Of a DNA stretch of 64,000 bases, positions 10,695 through 20,303 are shown one piece after another. This DNA is from an uncultured Nitrososphaerales archaeon (lineage in GTDB: Archaea > Thermoproteota > Nitrososphaeria > Nitrososphaerales > JACAEJ01). The notes under the pieces were generated by a model. The model was not told the origin of the DNA. It worked only from the letters and a program-made list of their open reading frames with translations, and searched no databases. Where the stretch lies: the NCBI GenBank assembly GCA_938091495.1, contig CALLJF010000012.1, positions 32,154 to 96,153 on the forward strand, read 5' to 3'. Positions within the stretch are counted from its first letter, which is position 1. Every line of letters starts with the position of its first letter. The position numbers and the translations under genes are program-made.

Positions 10695-10945
10695 AATATC
10701 GCATCATAGTAACTAATACTTTCGATAAATGTATGCGCAGGTTAATGCCAGATAATAGGGAGAGAGCTCGGCGGCTTATCAAAGAGATTCAAGCAAACCC
10801 TTATGCCTTCAAGGAGTTAAGCGGGAAGCTTAGAGGGCTGAGAAGTGCAAGGTTTGGAGATTATAGGATTATCTTTGCTATAAATGAGAGGCAAAAGACA
10901 GTAATCTTATTTTCTGTAAGACCGAGAGAAAGAGCCTATGAATAG
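10691..10945 (+). CDS. Type II toxin, RelE/ParE family
   Basis: Basic 84-aa ORF with LSGKLRGLRSARFGDYRIIF and terminal RERAY, typical of RelE. Confidence 0.9.
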   Translation: MKYRIIVTNTFDKCMRRLMPDNRERARRLIKEIQANPYAFKELSGKLRGLRSARFGDYRIIFAINERQKTVILFSVRPRERAYE

Positions 10946-11042
10946 TGATAGTCAGCCTAAAAAATGCTTAGGCGTTTTCCAATAGGCTGTAAAAATTTAA
11001 ATCGTTAAGAGTTCTACTGGCTTTAGCTTTTTTGTTAATGGA

Positions 11043-11279
11043 TCAACTTGATAGCCTAATGATTCTAAGCTTGTTGCTTGTGCACCTGCTGTAATTGCAT
11101 CTAGCTTGAATCAAAGCGTTGAATATTAATGATATGAGCAAATATGAACTAGCTGTTATATGTAATAATGCTAATGATTCAAACTTAGGAGTTATTATAG
11201 CACTAAGCCTTGCACCACAATTACCACAGAACTTCAAATTGGATGGATTTTCAAATCCACACTTCTCACATTTGATCAA
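11043..11279 (-). pseudogene. Truncated second copy of the zinc-ribbon membrane gene, fused to unrelated 3' sequence
   Basis: About 60 N-terminal codons closely match 9925-10350 and similarity stops abruptly after ALIQA. The upstream promoter-like GATTATTTAACTTTTCA is also duplicated. Confidence 0.8.
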
Positions 11280-11391
11280 AATTACATCATCCTCTCTGTA
11301 TCCATAATTTGATTATTTAACTTTTCAATATGGTTCTGATCATCCTTTATCTCACAAAACTATCTCTAATTGATTATATGCTGAGGAAAAA

Positions 11392-11730
11392 TCAGCCTTT
11401 AGCCTCAATCCTTGCAAGGCGGGCTTCAAGTTCCATGATCTTTTCCATAAGAGGCATGCGTTTCTCTATGGAGTCAAATCGAGTGATCATCTCATTTCTT
11501 AATGATAATAGCCTCTCTTCTAAAGCCTTGAACTTTGCATCCATTTCGTTTCTTAATGACCCAAGCCTCTCATTCATCTCATTTCTCAAGCTCGCTATCC
11601 CTTTCTCCACACTATCTACTCTCTTATCTAAGCTATCTATCCTTGCGTGTATAGCCTTTATTTCGCCTGTTATCTCGCTCAGCCTTGGCAGTAAGAGCCT
11701 TTCAATCCAGCTTGGTATCTTTTCAGCCAA
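11392..11730 (-). CDS. Coiled-coil hypothetical protein with SLRNEM repeats
   Basis: Heptad-rich ORF MAEKIPSWIERLLLPRLSEI... with SLRNEM three times. Confidence 0.75.
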   Translation of the reverse strand: MAEKIPSWIERLLLPRLSEITGEIKAIHARIDSLDKRVDSVEKGIASLRNEMNERLGSLRNEMDAKFKALEERLLSLRNEMITRFDSIEKRMPLMEKIMELEARLARIEAKG

Positions 11731-11788
11731 GTTTTAGCCTCAGCATGTAATGCTCTTTAAGGTTATTTGAAGTTTTCTAATAGAGGAT

Positions 11789-11843
11789 TTTAAATTAGAT
11801 GGATTATTAAATCCACGCTTCTCACATTTTACCAAATTTTATC
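11789..11843 (-). repeat. Third, minimal remnant of the zinc-ribbon gene 5' end
   Basis: 11818-11843 is identical over 26 nt to 10333-10358 (CTTCTCACATTTTACCAAATTTTATC); translates MVKCEKRGFNNPSNLK. Confidence 0.85.
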
Positions 11844-11886
11844 GCCTTATCATAATAAAAAAATAAAGGGTGGGAATTATAGAGCG

Positions 11887-12933
11887 TTAATATTTGATTA
11901 TTCCGTCAAAAGACCCACTGAATGTTTTATCACTAGTATTAATGTCTGCAACGATCGTGCCACTACCTGTTGCACCTTTATATTCTCCAGTACCTGTGAT
12001 GATCGTGTATGTGCCAGTCAAATGATTAATCCCAGTATAACCCTCATTCCATACTTCACGTTGTATGCCCTCTATTTTGATGTGAATCTGATCCCCATTA
12101 ATTATAGTGATATTGAACCTTCCAGTTACAAGAGCGCCTTTGTTCAACGCTGAATAATGCCCCCAATCAGATACAAGATAGCCTTCAAATGTAAAGTAAA
12201 CACCAGTAGTGTTAATTGTTCCAGATCCACTTCCACTCACAGCGTTTACAGCTATCGTATTATTAGGAGGATTAAAAGCGGAATCCTCAGTATAACTACC
12301 ACTGAAAGTTCCTTTGAAATCTGGCTTGGCTATAAGCTTGGCTATAATATAATCTAGTTTATCTTCAAGCTGAGTCTTAAGGTCTGATATAGCTGTTAGA
12401 ATGGCTTTCGTAGCATTTGTTATGGCTGATAGTGTGGTTTCGAACCAATCATTAACGAATTTGTAGAAAGATCCTCCTTCATCTAGCTTATCCTCAATAG
12501 CTAAGATTTCTTTTTTAATATCTAAGAGCTTATCCCATATTGTATAGACGATGAATTGTGCTGAAGCTATTGCAGGAGCAGTATATGGATAGACATCAGC
12601 TCTTATATAGTATGTTCCATATGGTACTGAAGGTATAGTAAGAGTTGTTGTGAATGTTCCTGCAGAACCAACATAAACTGATTTGTATGGTTCACCATAA
12701 TTCCATGCTGAATTGCCGTTGGTATCAAAGTAGACTCTATAATATGTGTAAGGAGTAAAGCCACTTCCAGTAATAGTCACAATAGTTCCTGAAGGACCAC
12801 TAGTTGGAGATAAGGTTAATGTTGCTGGTGAAGCGAATGCTAATGGCACTGTAGCAAATATTGATAGCATAGATATGATGAATAGACTGATTATAGCGGT
12901 GGATAATATCTTCTTATCTTTGGATTGCATCAA
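11887..12933 (-). CDS. Secreted/surface protein: signal peptide, IPT/TIG-like domain, coiled coil, beta-rich C-terminal domain
   Basis: Hydrophobic N-terminus ending AFA-S, then LTLSPTSGPSGTIVTITGSGF, a helical linker and a Gly/Thr-rich beta region. Confidence 0.7.
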   Translation of the reverse strand: MMQSKDKKILSTAIISLFIISMLSIFATVPLAFASPATLTLSPTSGPSGTIVTITGSGFTPYTYYRVYFDTNGNSAWNYGEPYKSVYVGSAGTFTTTLTIPSVPYGTYYIRADVYPYTAPAIASAQFIVYTIWDKLLDIKKEILAIEDKLDEGGSFYKFVNDWFETTLSAITNATKAILTAISDLKTQLEDKLDYIIAKLIAKPDFKGTFSGSYTEDSAFNPPNNTIAVNAVSGSGSGTINTTGVYFTFEGYLVSDWGHYSALNKGALVTGRFNITIINGDQIHIKIEGIQREVWNEGYTGINHLTGTYTIITGTGEYKGATGSGTIVADINTSDKTFSGSFDGIIKY

Positions 12934-13219
12934 ATTTTTTGTTATGGACGAATATGATATATAAATCTTATGGAATCTCTAAAAGTCCAACTAAGAAACA
13001 TTAAATACTTCCTCATTTCACTTCTCGTGAACAGTGATAGCGATAAAAAAGCATTATGTAAGAGTCCTTCTTGAAAGAACATTTGCGTATGTTTGAAAAA
13101 ACTCCTAGGCATCACAGCGGATACAGAAGTCTGCTGTCATGCTCTGAAAATCCTTCATGAAAAATTACTTAAGAAGAGAGGATAAGTCTCAATTTTGTAT
13201 TTGACTTGTGATTATCTCT

Positions 13220-13534
13220 TTACTTGAAGTGCTCTATTCGAGGTCTCTCTCTTTCCCTTTCTCTTTCATCTTTTTCAGTAACCTTTTCATCAAAATCAAG
13301 GAAATCTATTGCAAATTGCTTTAATCTGTCGAAGAAGGTCTTAAGCTCCTCTTCATCGAATTTACTCATCTTTATCGGGTTTGATAGCCATTGCATCCAA
13401 CCATTAACACTCTGGTTTATTGCCAAAAGTGACTGAATACAGCCCTCTACATAACCGAGACGATCCTTCGGGGCCATAGCATCCAATGATTTTCTGCGCT
13501 CTTTAATTATCTCTGTCCAACTTCGGCCTGCCAT
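13220..13534 (-). CDS. DUF2153-family conserved archaeal protein
   Basis: KDRL...SVNGWMQWLSNP...FDEEELK...FLDFD pattern. Confidence 0.75.
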   Translation of the reverse strand: MAGRSWTEIIKERRKSLDAMAPKDRLGYVEGCIQSLLAINQSVNGWMQWLSNPIKMSKFDEEELKTFFDRLKQFAIDFLDFDEKVTEKDERERERERPRIEHFK

Positions 13535-13604
13535 ATCTTTGAATTCATCCTCCTAACTTATAATACTATCGCCTAAAATATTTTGCCGTAATGATATGAA
13601 TAAT

Positions 13605-14657
13605 TCACCTTATGTATTTTGAGACAAAGTTTTCGTAGGCATCTCTCAACTTTATAATCTTTGGAGGATGTTTGAAACCATAACCACAGATATCTAAAGG
13701 CGCACCAAATTCTCCTTCATCTTTTGCAACTTTTACAGCTCTTATCACATCGAGCAAGATGTTTCCAGCATTAGGACCATCAGATGAGCGCAGATATATA
13801 TCAAACTTTATAGATGAGCCCAAAAAACCCTCTCCTTGTATCCAGTAGTAGCTAGTCCTATCATTTTGCAGATAATCGACGTAGTCAGTAGTCCCAGCCA
13901 CAGTTTCAAACTCGTAAGGCAGTTCAACGGATATGGCTTTTGTCTTCATATTCCTTTTTATGAACTTAACATTCTCATTTAATGTGTTAAAAGTCTCAGC
14001 TCCTCCGCCAACGTCTAATTGATAACTTTTCATGACCCTTATCCCTCTACTGTGCATGAAGTCAAGGATGCCTTTATGAAAAGCAGTCCCTCCAAACTGG
14101 CTCATAAGGTCGTCGCCAACTACAACTAAATTCTCTTCTTTGAATTTTTTTACCATGCTCTCATCAGATGCTATTAATGATGGAGTTGCATTGATAAAGC
14201 AACACCCTGATTTAATAGCGACTTCAGCATAAAATTTTGATGTCTTATCTAAGCCTGATGATATCAGATTCACTAAAACATCCACTTTGCTTTCTTTCAA
14301 TGCATCTATCATATCACAAGGCTCATCATTCTTAATATCAAAAGAATTTCTTAGATGATATGAGAGATCATCGTATAAGAAGCCTCTTTTAACCTTTACA
14401 TTCAAAGCATTAACATCAAAGTACTTTTTTGCCACGTTAGGTTTTGAGAATATGGCTTCAGAGAGGTCTAAGCCTATCTTCTTAGCATCTATGTCAAAGG
14501 CTTCAACTATTTCCAAATCACTGACTCTATAATTTCCTATCAATCTGTGCCAAAGACCATTTTTAGAGTCGTTCTCACTATAGTAAATTATCCCCTGAAC
14601 TAAACTGCATGCACAATTGCCTATACCTATTAGTGCTATTCTTATCTTGCCACTCAT
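13605..14657 (-). CDS. ino1: myo-inositol-1-phosphate synthase
   Basis: IALIGIGNCACSLVQG, VGDDLMSQFGGT, YQLDVGG, DGPNAG. Confidence 0.9.
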   Translation of the reverse strand: MSGKIRIALIGIGNCACSLVQGIIYYSENDSKNGLWHRLIGNYRVSDLEIVEAFDIDAKKIGLDLSEAIFSKPNVAKKYFDVNALNVKVKRGFLYDDLSYHLRNSFDIKNDEPCDMIDALKESKVDVLVNLISSGLDKTSKFYAEVAIKSGCCFINATPSLIASDESMVKKFKEENLVVVGDDLMSQFGGTAFHKGILDFMHSRGIRVMKSYQLDVGGGAETFNTLNENVKFIKRNMKTKAISVELPYEFETVAGTTDYVDYLQNDRTSYYWIQGEGFLGSSIKFDIYLRSSDGPNAGNILLDVIRAVKVAKDEGEFGAPLDICGYGFKHPPKIIKLRDAYENFVSKYIR

Positions 14658-14697
14658 AGTCTTAAAGCAGTATTGGTTTACTTTTTAATGTTATTGT

Positions 14698-14895
14698 TTA
14701 ATCCAGTTTTGAAATTAGAGCAACTAAGCCAGAGATGATGAATAAGATCGAAATAAAGTAGTATATAGGTGATATCTGAGGAATTATAGGGGTTGTTGCT
14801 GTAAAGTATGCTATAGATATACCTATAATCAAGAATATAAGACCTATAAGGCGGATGAATACATCAATCCTCTCAGTAGTTCTTGAGCCCTTCAA
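14698..14895 (-). CDS. Small two-TM membrane protein
   Basis: Two hydrophobic helices; co-oriented between top6A and ino1. Confidence 0.55.
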   Translation of the reverse strand: MKGSRTTERIDVFIRLIGLIFLIIGISIAYFTATTPIIPQISPIYYFISILFIISGLVALISKLD

Positions 14896-14939
14896 ATTGG
14901 ATTTTTGTTCTATCTATCTATTAAATAAGCTTATTTGAA

Positions 14940-16040
14940 TCATAGGCTTTTAGCGATTTCTAACTTCTCTGGTAAATACTTATCACTTATCGTTGTCAAA
15001 CCATATTTAGCAAAGGCTTCGAGTTCGCTCTTCTTTCTTATCTTTAAGAAAAAGTCCAATTCCCTCTGCCATATTCCTCCTTTGTACCTTGGGTCTTTCT
15101 TTAGTTCGTAGATGCGTTTTATATCCATATCTGTAAGGGGATCGCTAGGAAGTTTGTATTTTTTTATATCGCTACCCCATACCCCTATCCATTTACCAGA
15201 CGGTACAGTCAACTCTCTTAGATGAGCAGCATTGGCAGATCCAGAAATTATTACCATGGCTATATGTTCGCCATAAACATCCCCATCTGTCAAAATATAG
15301 ACCGATAATCCTAATTCTTGATTCAACCTTCTAAGCATATATCTTGTAGACCTTGGGGGCTGACCTGCTGTATCTATTATCAAGGCTTTGTACCTATTGT
15401 GCACTTTCTCTTCAACGAATCTAGTGAACAAACCTCCTTTTTCTACAGCTAAGACCATTTCAGCAGATGTGTCTATAAAGTCAGCAGTGCTCAAGCTCGG
15501 TCCTATTAAGTAACCGTCTGGATGGGAGGCTAAGTTTAACCTCTTCCCTTCATATCCTGGCACAGTATACTCTATAGTAAGGTCGCCGAATATGGCTGAG
15601 CGCTCTTCAGGATAGACATTAAAATCCTCTCTAGCTTTGGACAATAATGCTTCTAAATCCGTTATTATTTCATCAGATTCCGATTGATCCATAAACTCCA
15701 TATCATAGGCTTGAGCAGAGTAGAACACATCTCTAAGAGTGCTTGTCTTTCCTTGCTCTATTAACTTTTTTACAAAAAAAGCCAGCCATATCAATTGAGT
15801 AAAAGGGCGGATATGTTTTATATTATGAGTTGATCTTCTTACAGAGGTTTTGCCAAGGATGTATTGCTTTAGTCTTTCATCATAAACTATGTTCCTCACA
15901 GATCTGCTTGGAAAATTTATTTCTGGAAATACGCCTTCATTTATATCTGAGTATATTCTTAACCCTAAATCTTTGAGAAGTTTTCTGACTTCCCTCTTTC
16001 TAGCACTGGCTATACCTTCTTTAGAGATCTTTGAACTCAT
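14940..16040 (-). CDS. top6A: DNA topoisomerase VI subunit A
   Basis: TLRDVFY (catalytic Tyr), VEKGG, TDGDVYG TOPRIM motif, KSELEA. Confidence 0.97.
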   Translation of the reverse strand: MSSKISKEGIASARKREVRKLLKDLGLRIYSDINEGVFPEINFPSRSVRNIVYDERLKQYILGKTSVRRSTHNIKHIRPFTQLIWLAFFVKKLIEQGKTSTLRDVFYSAQAYDMEFMDQSESDEIITDLEALLSKAREDFNVYPEERSAIFGDLTIEYTVPGYEGKRLNLASHPDGYLIGPSLSTADFIDTSAEMVLAVEKGGLFTRFVEEKVHNRYKALIIDTAGQPPRSTRYMLRRLNQELGLSVYILTDGDVYGEHIAMVIISGSANAAHLRELTVPSGKWIGVWGSDIKKYKLPSDPLTDMDIKRIYELKKDPRYKGGIWQRELDFFLKIRKKSELEAFAKYGLTTISDKYLPEKLEIAKSL

Positions 16041-16703
16041 AGTCTCAACTAGGATGATTTGCTAAATGTATAGATTTAAAATTTTGGATACCCATTTTTG
16101 ACCTAAATAGATCACGTGATATTTAACAGAATCCAATGTTAACTTAGCCAATACAATATGAAAAACATATCCTTTGCGTATAGCCTTGTTGGGAACGAAT
16201 TTCCTGTGACATGTAAAGTCAGTTGTCCTTTGAAGCTGCATCTATTATCGTAGGAGGCAAGCTCAAACCAATCCTTGCATAAGATTTACGAACCCTATAA
16301 GATCGCTCTTTAATTCACTTACAAAGAGGGAGAAGATTAAAATTTTTAGGTTGGATTAAGAAGACCTACAAGTTTAAGAATCTGACCAGTTTAAAACTCT
16401 CTGTTAGTGAATGTAAGTTGGAGCAAGAAGTATCGTTTAAAGTGAAGTTTAAGCCAAAATTGTCATGGGTGGATAAGGTCTACTTGGGGAATATGCTTAT
16501 TGAGTTATTAGGAACTGTATCAAAAGCAACATCAGCCTTTGATTTTGAAGTTATATCTTCAGAGTGATCTATTTTCATAATTATCAATAACTATCTATTT
16601 AGATTAAGTCAAGAATTGTTAAAGAGTCATAAAACGGTAAGCATATATTCTTGACCAAGAAATATATCAATTGATTAAGATAAGATTTCTCAAAGTGATA
16701 AAA

Positions 16704-17015
16704 ATGGGTAAAAGAAAAGTCTTGAGCGAAGAAGAACTAAAAGATTTAGTGCTTCCAGATAAGGGTGAACTATTGGGGAGAGTGATAAAACTTTTGGGTA
16801 GCGATCACCTCATGATAAAGTGTACAGATGGAAAGGCCAGACTAGGAAGGATTAGGGGGAAATTAAAGCGAAGAATATGGGTGAGAGAGAACGACGTGGT
16901 ATTAGTAGCGCCATGGGAGTTCAAGAGTGACGAAAGATGTGATGTGCTCTGGAGATACACTTTAGCTCAAGTGGATTGGTTGAAGGCCAATAACTATATA
17001 CCGAAGGAATTATGA
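16704..17015 (+). CDS. eif1a: Translation initiation factor aIF-1A
   Basis: GRIRGKLKRRIWVRENDVVLVAPW and WRYT motifs; the ATG at 16704 is preferred to the upstream TTG. Confidence 0.97.
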   Translation: MGKRKVLSEEELKDLVLPDKGELLGRVIKLLGSDHLMIKCTDGKARLGRIRGKLKRRIWVRENDVVLVAPWEFKSDERCDVLWRYTLAQVDWLKANNYIPKEL

Positions 17016-17159
17016 GTAATAATTTGTTAAAACACATTGCATCTATTCGATAAGAAATAAAGAAGGCTAAGAGGGCAATATACGCACTTATAATGGCAAT
17101 ATATGTTATTAAGGGAGAAAAAACTTGAACTTTTACTCAAGTTAAGAATTGGGGTTTTT

Positions 17160-17957
17160 ATGACTAAAGACGATAATGAGCTTCATGACAAAGAAAGAGA
17201 GAAGCTTGAGCTTAAGCTTCGCACAACGGAGAGAAGGGATAGGATGCTCATAAAGGATCGTTCATCTGAGGCAGCAGTTATGGAGGAGGTCTTTGACAAG
17301 CCTACTTTATTGACCCTTCATTACCTTATGAAGTCTGGAGTTTTAAGAAGTTTGAATGGAGTTGTAAGTTCAGGAAAAGAAGCAAGAATATATTGGGGGG
17401 AGAGAGATGATGGCTCTTCTGTTGCAGTCAAGATATATCTAACTGTTACAGCCGAATTCAAGAAGAGGTTGCCTTACATAATTGGAGATCCCCGTTTTGA
17501 AAATGTTAAGCATGGCTCAAGCAACATAATCAAAATATGGGCACAAAAGGAGTACAAGAACCTTATGACAGCTTACCAAGCAGGAATACCTGTTCCAAAG
17601 CCTCTAGCCATAAAAAGAAACGTCCTTGTAATGGAGTTCATTGGTGATGGTGGTTGGCCTGCCCCTCTTCTTAATGAAGTTGAAGTGAGGCAAAGTGATT
17701 ATAAAAAGGTAATATCCTTAGTAGATAAGTTATACAATAGCGCTAATTTAGTTCATGCGGATTTGTCTGAGTACAACATATTTAAGCATGGAAAGAACCT
17801 TATCCTCTTCGACTTCGGATCAGCTGTGGACATAAGGCATCCTCTCTCAAAAGAATTCCTGATAAAAGACTTAAACAACATAAACCGTTTTTTCGTTAAG
17901 CAGGGGTTAAAGGTGGAGCCTTTAGAAAATTTACTAAAAAAGGTGATTAGACTTTGA
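17160..17957 (+). CDS. rio1: RIO1 atypical Ser/Thr kinase
   Basis: SSGKEA, AVKIY, NVLVMEFIG, LVHADLSEYNI, FDFGSAV; start placed at the ATG at 17160. Confidence 0.95.
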   Translation: MTKDDNELHDKEREKLELKLRTTERRDRMLIKDRSSEAAVMEEVFDKPTLLTLHYLMKSGVLRSLNGVVSSGKEARIYWGERDDGSSVAVKIYLTVTAEFKKRLPYIIGDPRFENVKHGSSNIIKIWAQKEYKNLMTAYQAGIPVPKPLAIKRNVLVMEFIGDGGWPAPLLNEVEVRQSDYKKVISLVDKLYNSANLVHADLSEYNIFKHGKNLILFDFGSAVDIRHPLSKEFLIKDLNNINRFFVKQGLKVEPLENLLKKVIRL

Positions 17958-18517
17958 GCTTCCAAAGGATTGTGAGACTATCGTTGGATCGCATAGGAGT
18001 CTTGGTTGGGAAGAACGGAGTCGTAAAGAGTGAGATAGAGCACAGATGCAATGTGAAATTATCTATAGACAGTAAGAATGGAGAAGTTAGGATAGATTCG
18101 AATGGAGATATAACAAAATCACAGCCTTTCAAAGCCGTAGATATAATAACAGCCATAGGAAGAGGATTTTCCCCACAAAAAGCCTTTAAGCTCTTGGATG
18201 AAGATATGGTTTTGCAAGTGGTTGATTTAAGAGATTATGCAGGAAAGTCCCAAAGCTCTCTTGAACGTATAAAAGGAAGAATTATAGGCTTAGAAGGCAA
18301 GTCGAGAAGGTTCATAGAAGAATTAACTGACGCTTACATCTCTGTCTTTGGTCATACAGTTAGTATCATAGGAAGCGTCAATGGGGCGAGATTGGCTTTG
18401 GATGCAATAGATATGCTTGCATCAGGAAGCACCCATAAGACTGTTTACAACATGCTTCAAAGAGCCAGGAAAAAAGCAAAGATAGATCGACTGAAACTAT
18501 GGGAAAGTCAGGAATGA
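17954..18517 (+). CDS. KH-domain ribosome-biogenesis protein (Dim2/Pno1)
   Basis: RIGVLVGKNG, AIGRGFSP, RIKGRIIG; follows rio1. Confidence 0.95.
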   Translation: MSFQRIVRLSLDRIGVLVGKNGVVKSEIEHRCNVKLSIDSKNGEVRIDSNGDITKSQPFKAVDIITAIGRGFSPQKAFKLLDEDMVLQVVDLRDYAGKSQSSLERIKGRIIGLEGKSRRFIEELTDAYISVFGHTVSIIGSVNGARLALDAIDMLASGSTHKTVYNMLQRARKKAKIDRLKLWESQE

Positions 18518-18610
18518 ATAATCTTTGAAGTTTTGCATTCTCTCAAGCTCATGCTCAAGAATAAGATTAATAAATAAAAATTTAATGACCAAGGAGAAAA
18601 GAAATCTTGG

Positions 18611-19366
18611 ATGTTGCAAGGAAGATATATATATAACTATGTTATAAATAAAATGCAAATGCAAAAAGAAAGTGGGCAAACTGAAATTATGGAGGAACTT
18701 GCGAGCATAAGTAAGGAAATAGATATCCTATCGTATAAGATTAGCCGCAGAGCTAACCAGTTACATGGTGATATCTTCACAATAAGAAGCGACCCTGTAA
18801 TAACAGATCTTTGGCATAGCCTTTGCAAATACCATAAAAAAGCCATAGTATTGTGCGCTGGCATGGGCAGTAGAAAGCCTGCGGTATGTGGAAGACTTGA
18901 AAGACCCCAAGCATGCGTCTATACTTTGCATCTTTCTGAGGAAGAAATCTGCTGTGTTGTCTTTAGACGTAATCTGCAAGCCAAAACAGAAGAGAATCGT
19001 AAGGTCAAGCACTTTATGTCGTCTCCAGTGGTGACCATAGATCCAAACTCAAAGATCATAGATGCTTTAGAAATTATGAAAAAACATGAAATAGGAAGTC
19101 TTGTTGCGGTGGATAAAGGGAAGATAAAAGGCATATTGACAGAAAAGGATCTAGTATCCAAGGTCTTTATAAGTGCTACTGGATTAGATGGAATTTTAGT
19201 TAGAGATGTAATGACCTCTGAGCCCTTGATAACAGTAGATCCAGAAACCGATATACAAAAAGCAGCAAAAATAATGGCTGAGAAAAACGTGAGGCATCTT
19301 CCTGTCATAGAAAAGGAAAAACTCGTAGGAATGTTGGCTATCCCTGATTTTTACAGAGAGATTTAA
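18611..19366 (+). CDS. CBS-domain protein with Cys/His-rich N-terminal domain
   Basis: Tandem CBS pair (VKHFMSSPVVTI...GILTEKD...VRHLPV); start uncertain. Confidence 0.8.
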   Translation: MLQGRYIYNYVINKMQMQKESGQTEIMEELASISKEIDILSYKISRRANQLHGDIFTIRSDPVITDLWHSLCKYHKKAIVLCAGMGSRKPAVCGRLERPQACVYTLHLSEEEICCVVFRRNLQAKTEENRKVKHFMSSPVVTIDPNSKIIDALEIMKKHEIGSLVAVDKGKIKGILTEKDLVSKVFISATGLDGILVRDVMTSEPLITVDPETDIQKAAKIMAEKNVRHLPVIEKEKLVGMLAIPDFYREI

Positions 19367-19480
19367 ATAGAGATTATCTTGACATCAAAGAATTATGACA
19401 AGATAGTAAAGAGACGATAGAATTCATCGATATAATTCTCGAAATAACTTTATTCAGTGTAATTCTTTCGTTTGCAAAAA

Positions 19481-20074
19481 TTACTTTTTCCTATACATTC
19501 TAATGCTGAGTACAATAATCCAGAAAGATGCCAGAAGGATATTAATTGTTTCAGGAATTGCTACACCTGACAGACGAACAGTAGCCCAGACGATCCAACC
19601 AATGAAGCTAATAATGCCGATCAAAAGAGTAAAGATGCCTAAGCTCTTATTTGAGATATTTAAAGTAAAATGAATGCCCAAAATAATTGAAGATAGGATA
19701 AGTGATACGAAGAATGCCGCTGAGAAGTAAAAGTGAACTAAGCCAAAAGCCTCTGAAAATACGCCAACACCTATCAGGAATACAGATGATAATAATAGCA
19801 TCACCGATCCAATCAGCCCAAGGCGTTTTGTCCGCTCGATCTTAGCTAATCCGACAATGAATGGAAAGATAAGGATTCCACAAATAATCAATCCAGAATT
19901 AAAGATCGGAGCCACTCGTGACACGCCCAGATCACTGAGTGCATTATCAGTCCAGCTAAACCATGGAGAAAGAGCGATGGAGATGCCTATAGATGCCAGC
20001 GCCCACGTCGGAGCAATAATCCCAAATGATGCAGCAACTCTTGGTTCAGTTATCTCTCTCCATCCCAGCACCAT
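19481..20074 (-). CDS. DUF998-family membrane protein
   Basis: PWFSWTDNALSDLG, IFNSGLI, VGVFSE...H motifs. Confidence 0.85.
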   Translation of the reverse strand: MVLGWREITEPRVAASFGIIAPTWALASIGISIALSPWFSWTDNALSDLGVSRVAPIFNSGLIICGILIFPFIVGLAKIERTKRLGLIGSVMLLLSSVFLIGVGVFSEAFGLVHFYFSAAFFVSLILSSIILGIHFTLNISNKSLGIFTLLIGIISFIGWIVWATVRLSGVAIPETINILLASFWIIVLSIRMYRKK

Positions 20075-20303
20075 GAAAAATTACATCCCTAGAACCTTTG
20101 ATTTATTGTCTTATTAAAATTCTCTTCACTTTCTTGCTTTTCAATGAAAAATAGAAATGAATATTAACAATTATTAAAGGAGAGAACATGATGATCAAAT
20201 GGATGGTCATGGATAACTCTAAGAGATTTTTTATTGTGATTAAGCCTTGGTTAATAAAAATGAGAAAACATACTCATTCATAAAGCTCTAGGAGGAATTT
20301 GGA

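Noticed and set aside
9925..12933. Integron or IS element explaining the variable island
   Set aside because: No integrase or transposase ORF, attC-like palindromes or terminal inverted repeats were found by eye; kept only as a repeat-bounded hotspot.
13028..13185. Small ribbon-helix-helix-like remnant (LKKLLGITADTEVCCHALKILHEK)
   Set aside because: Broken across frames and too short to support a call.
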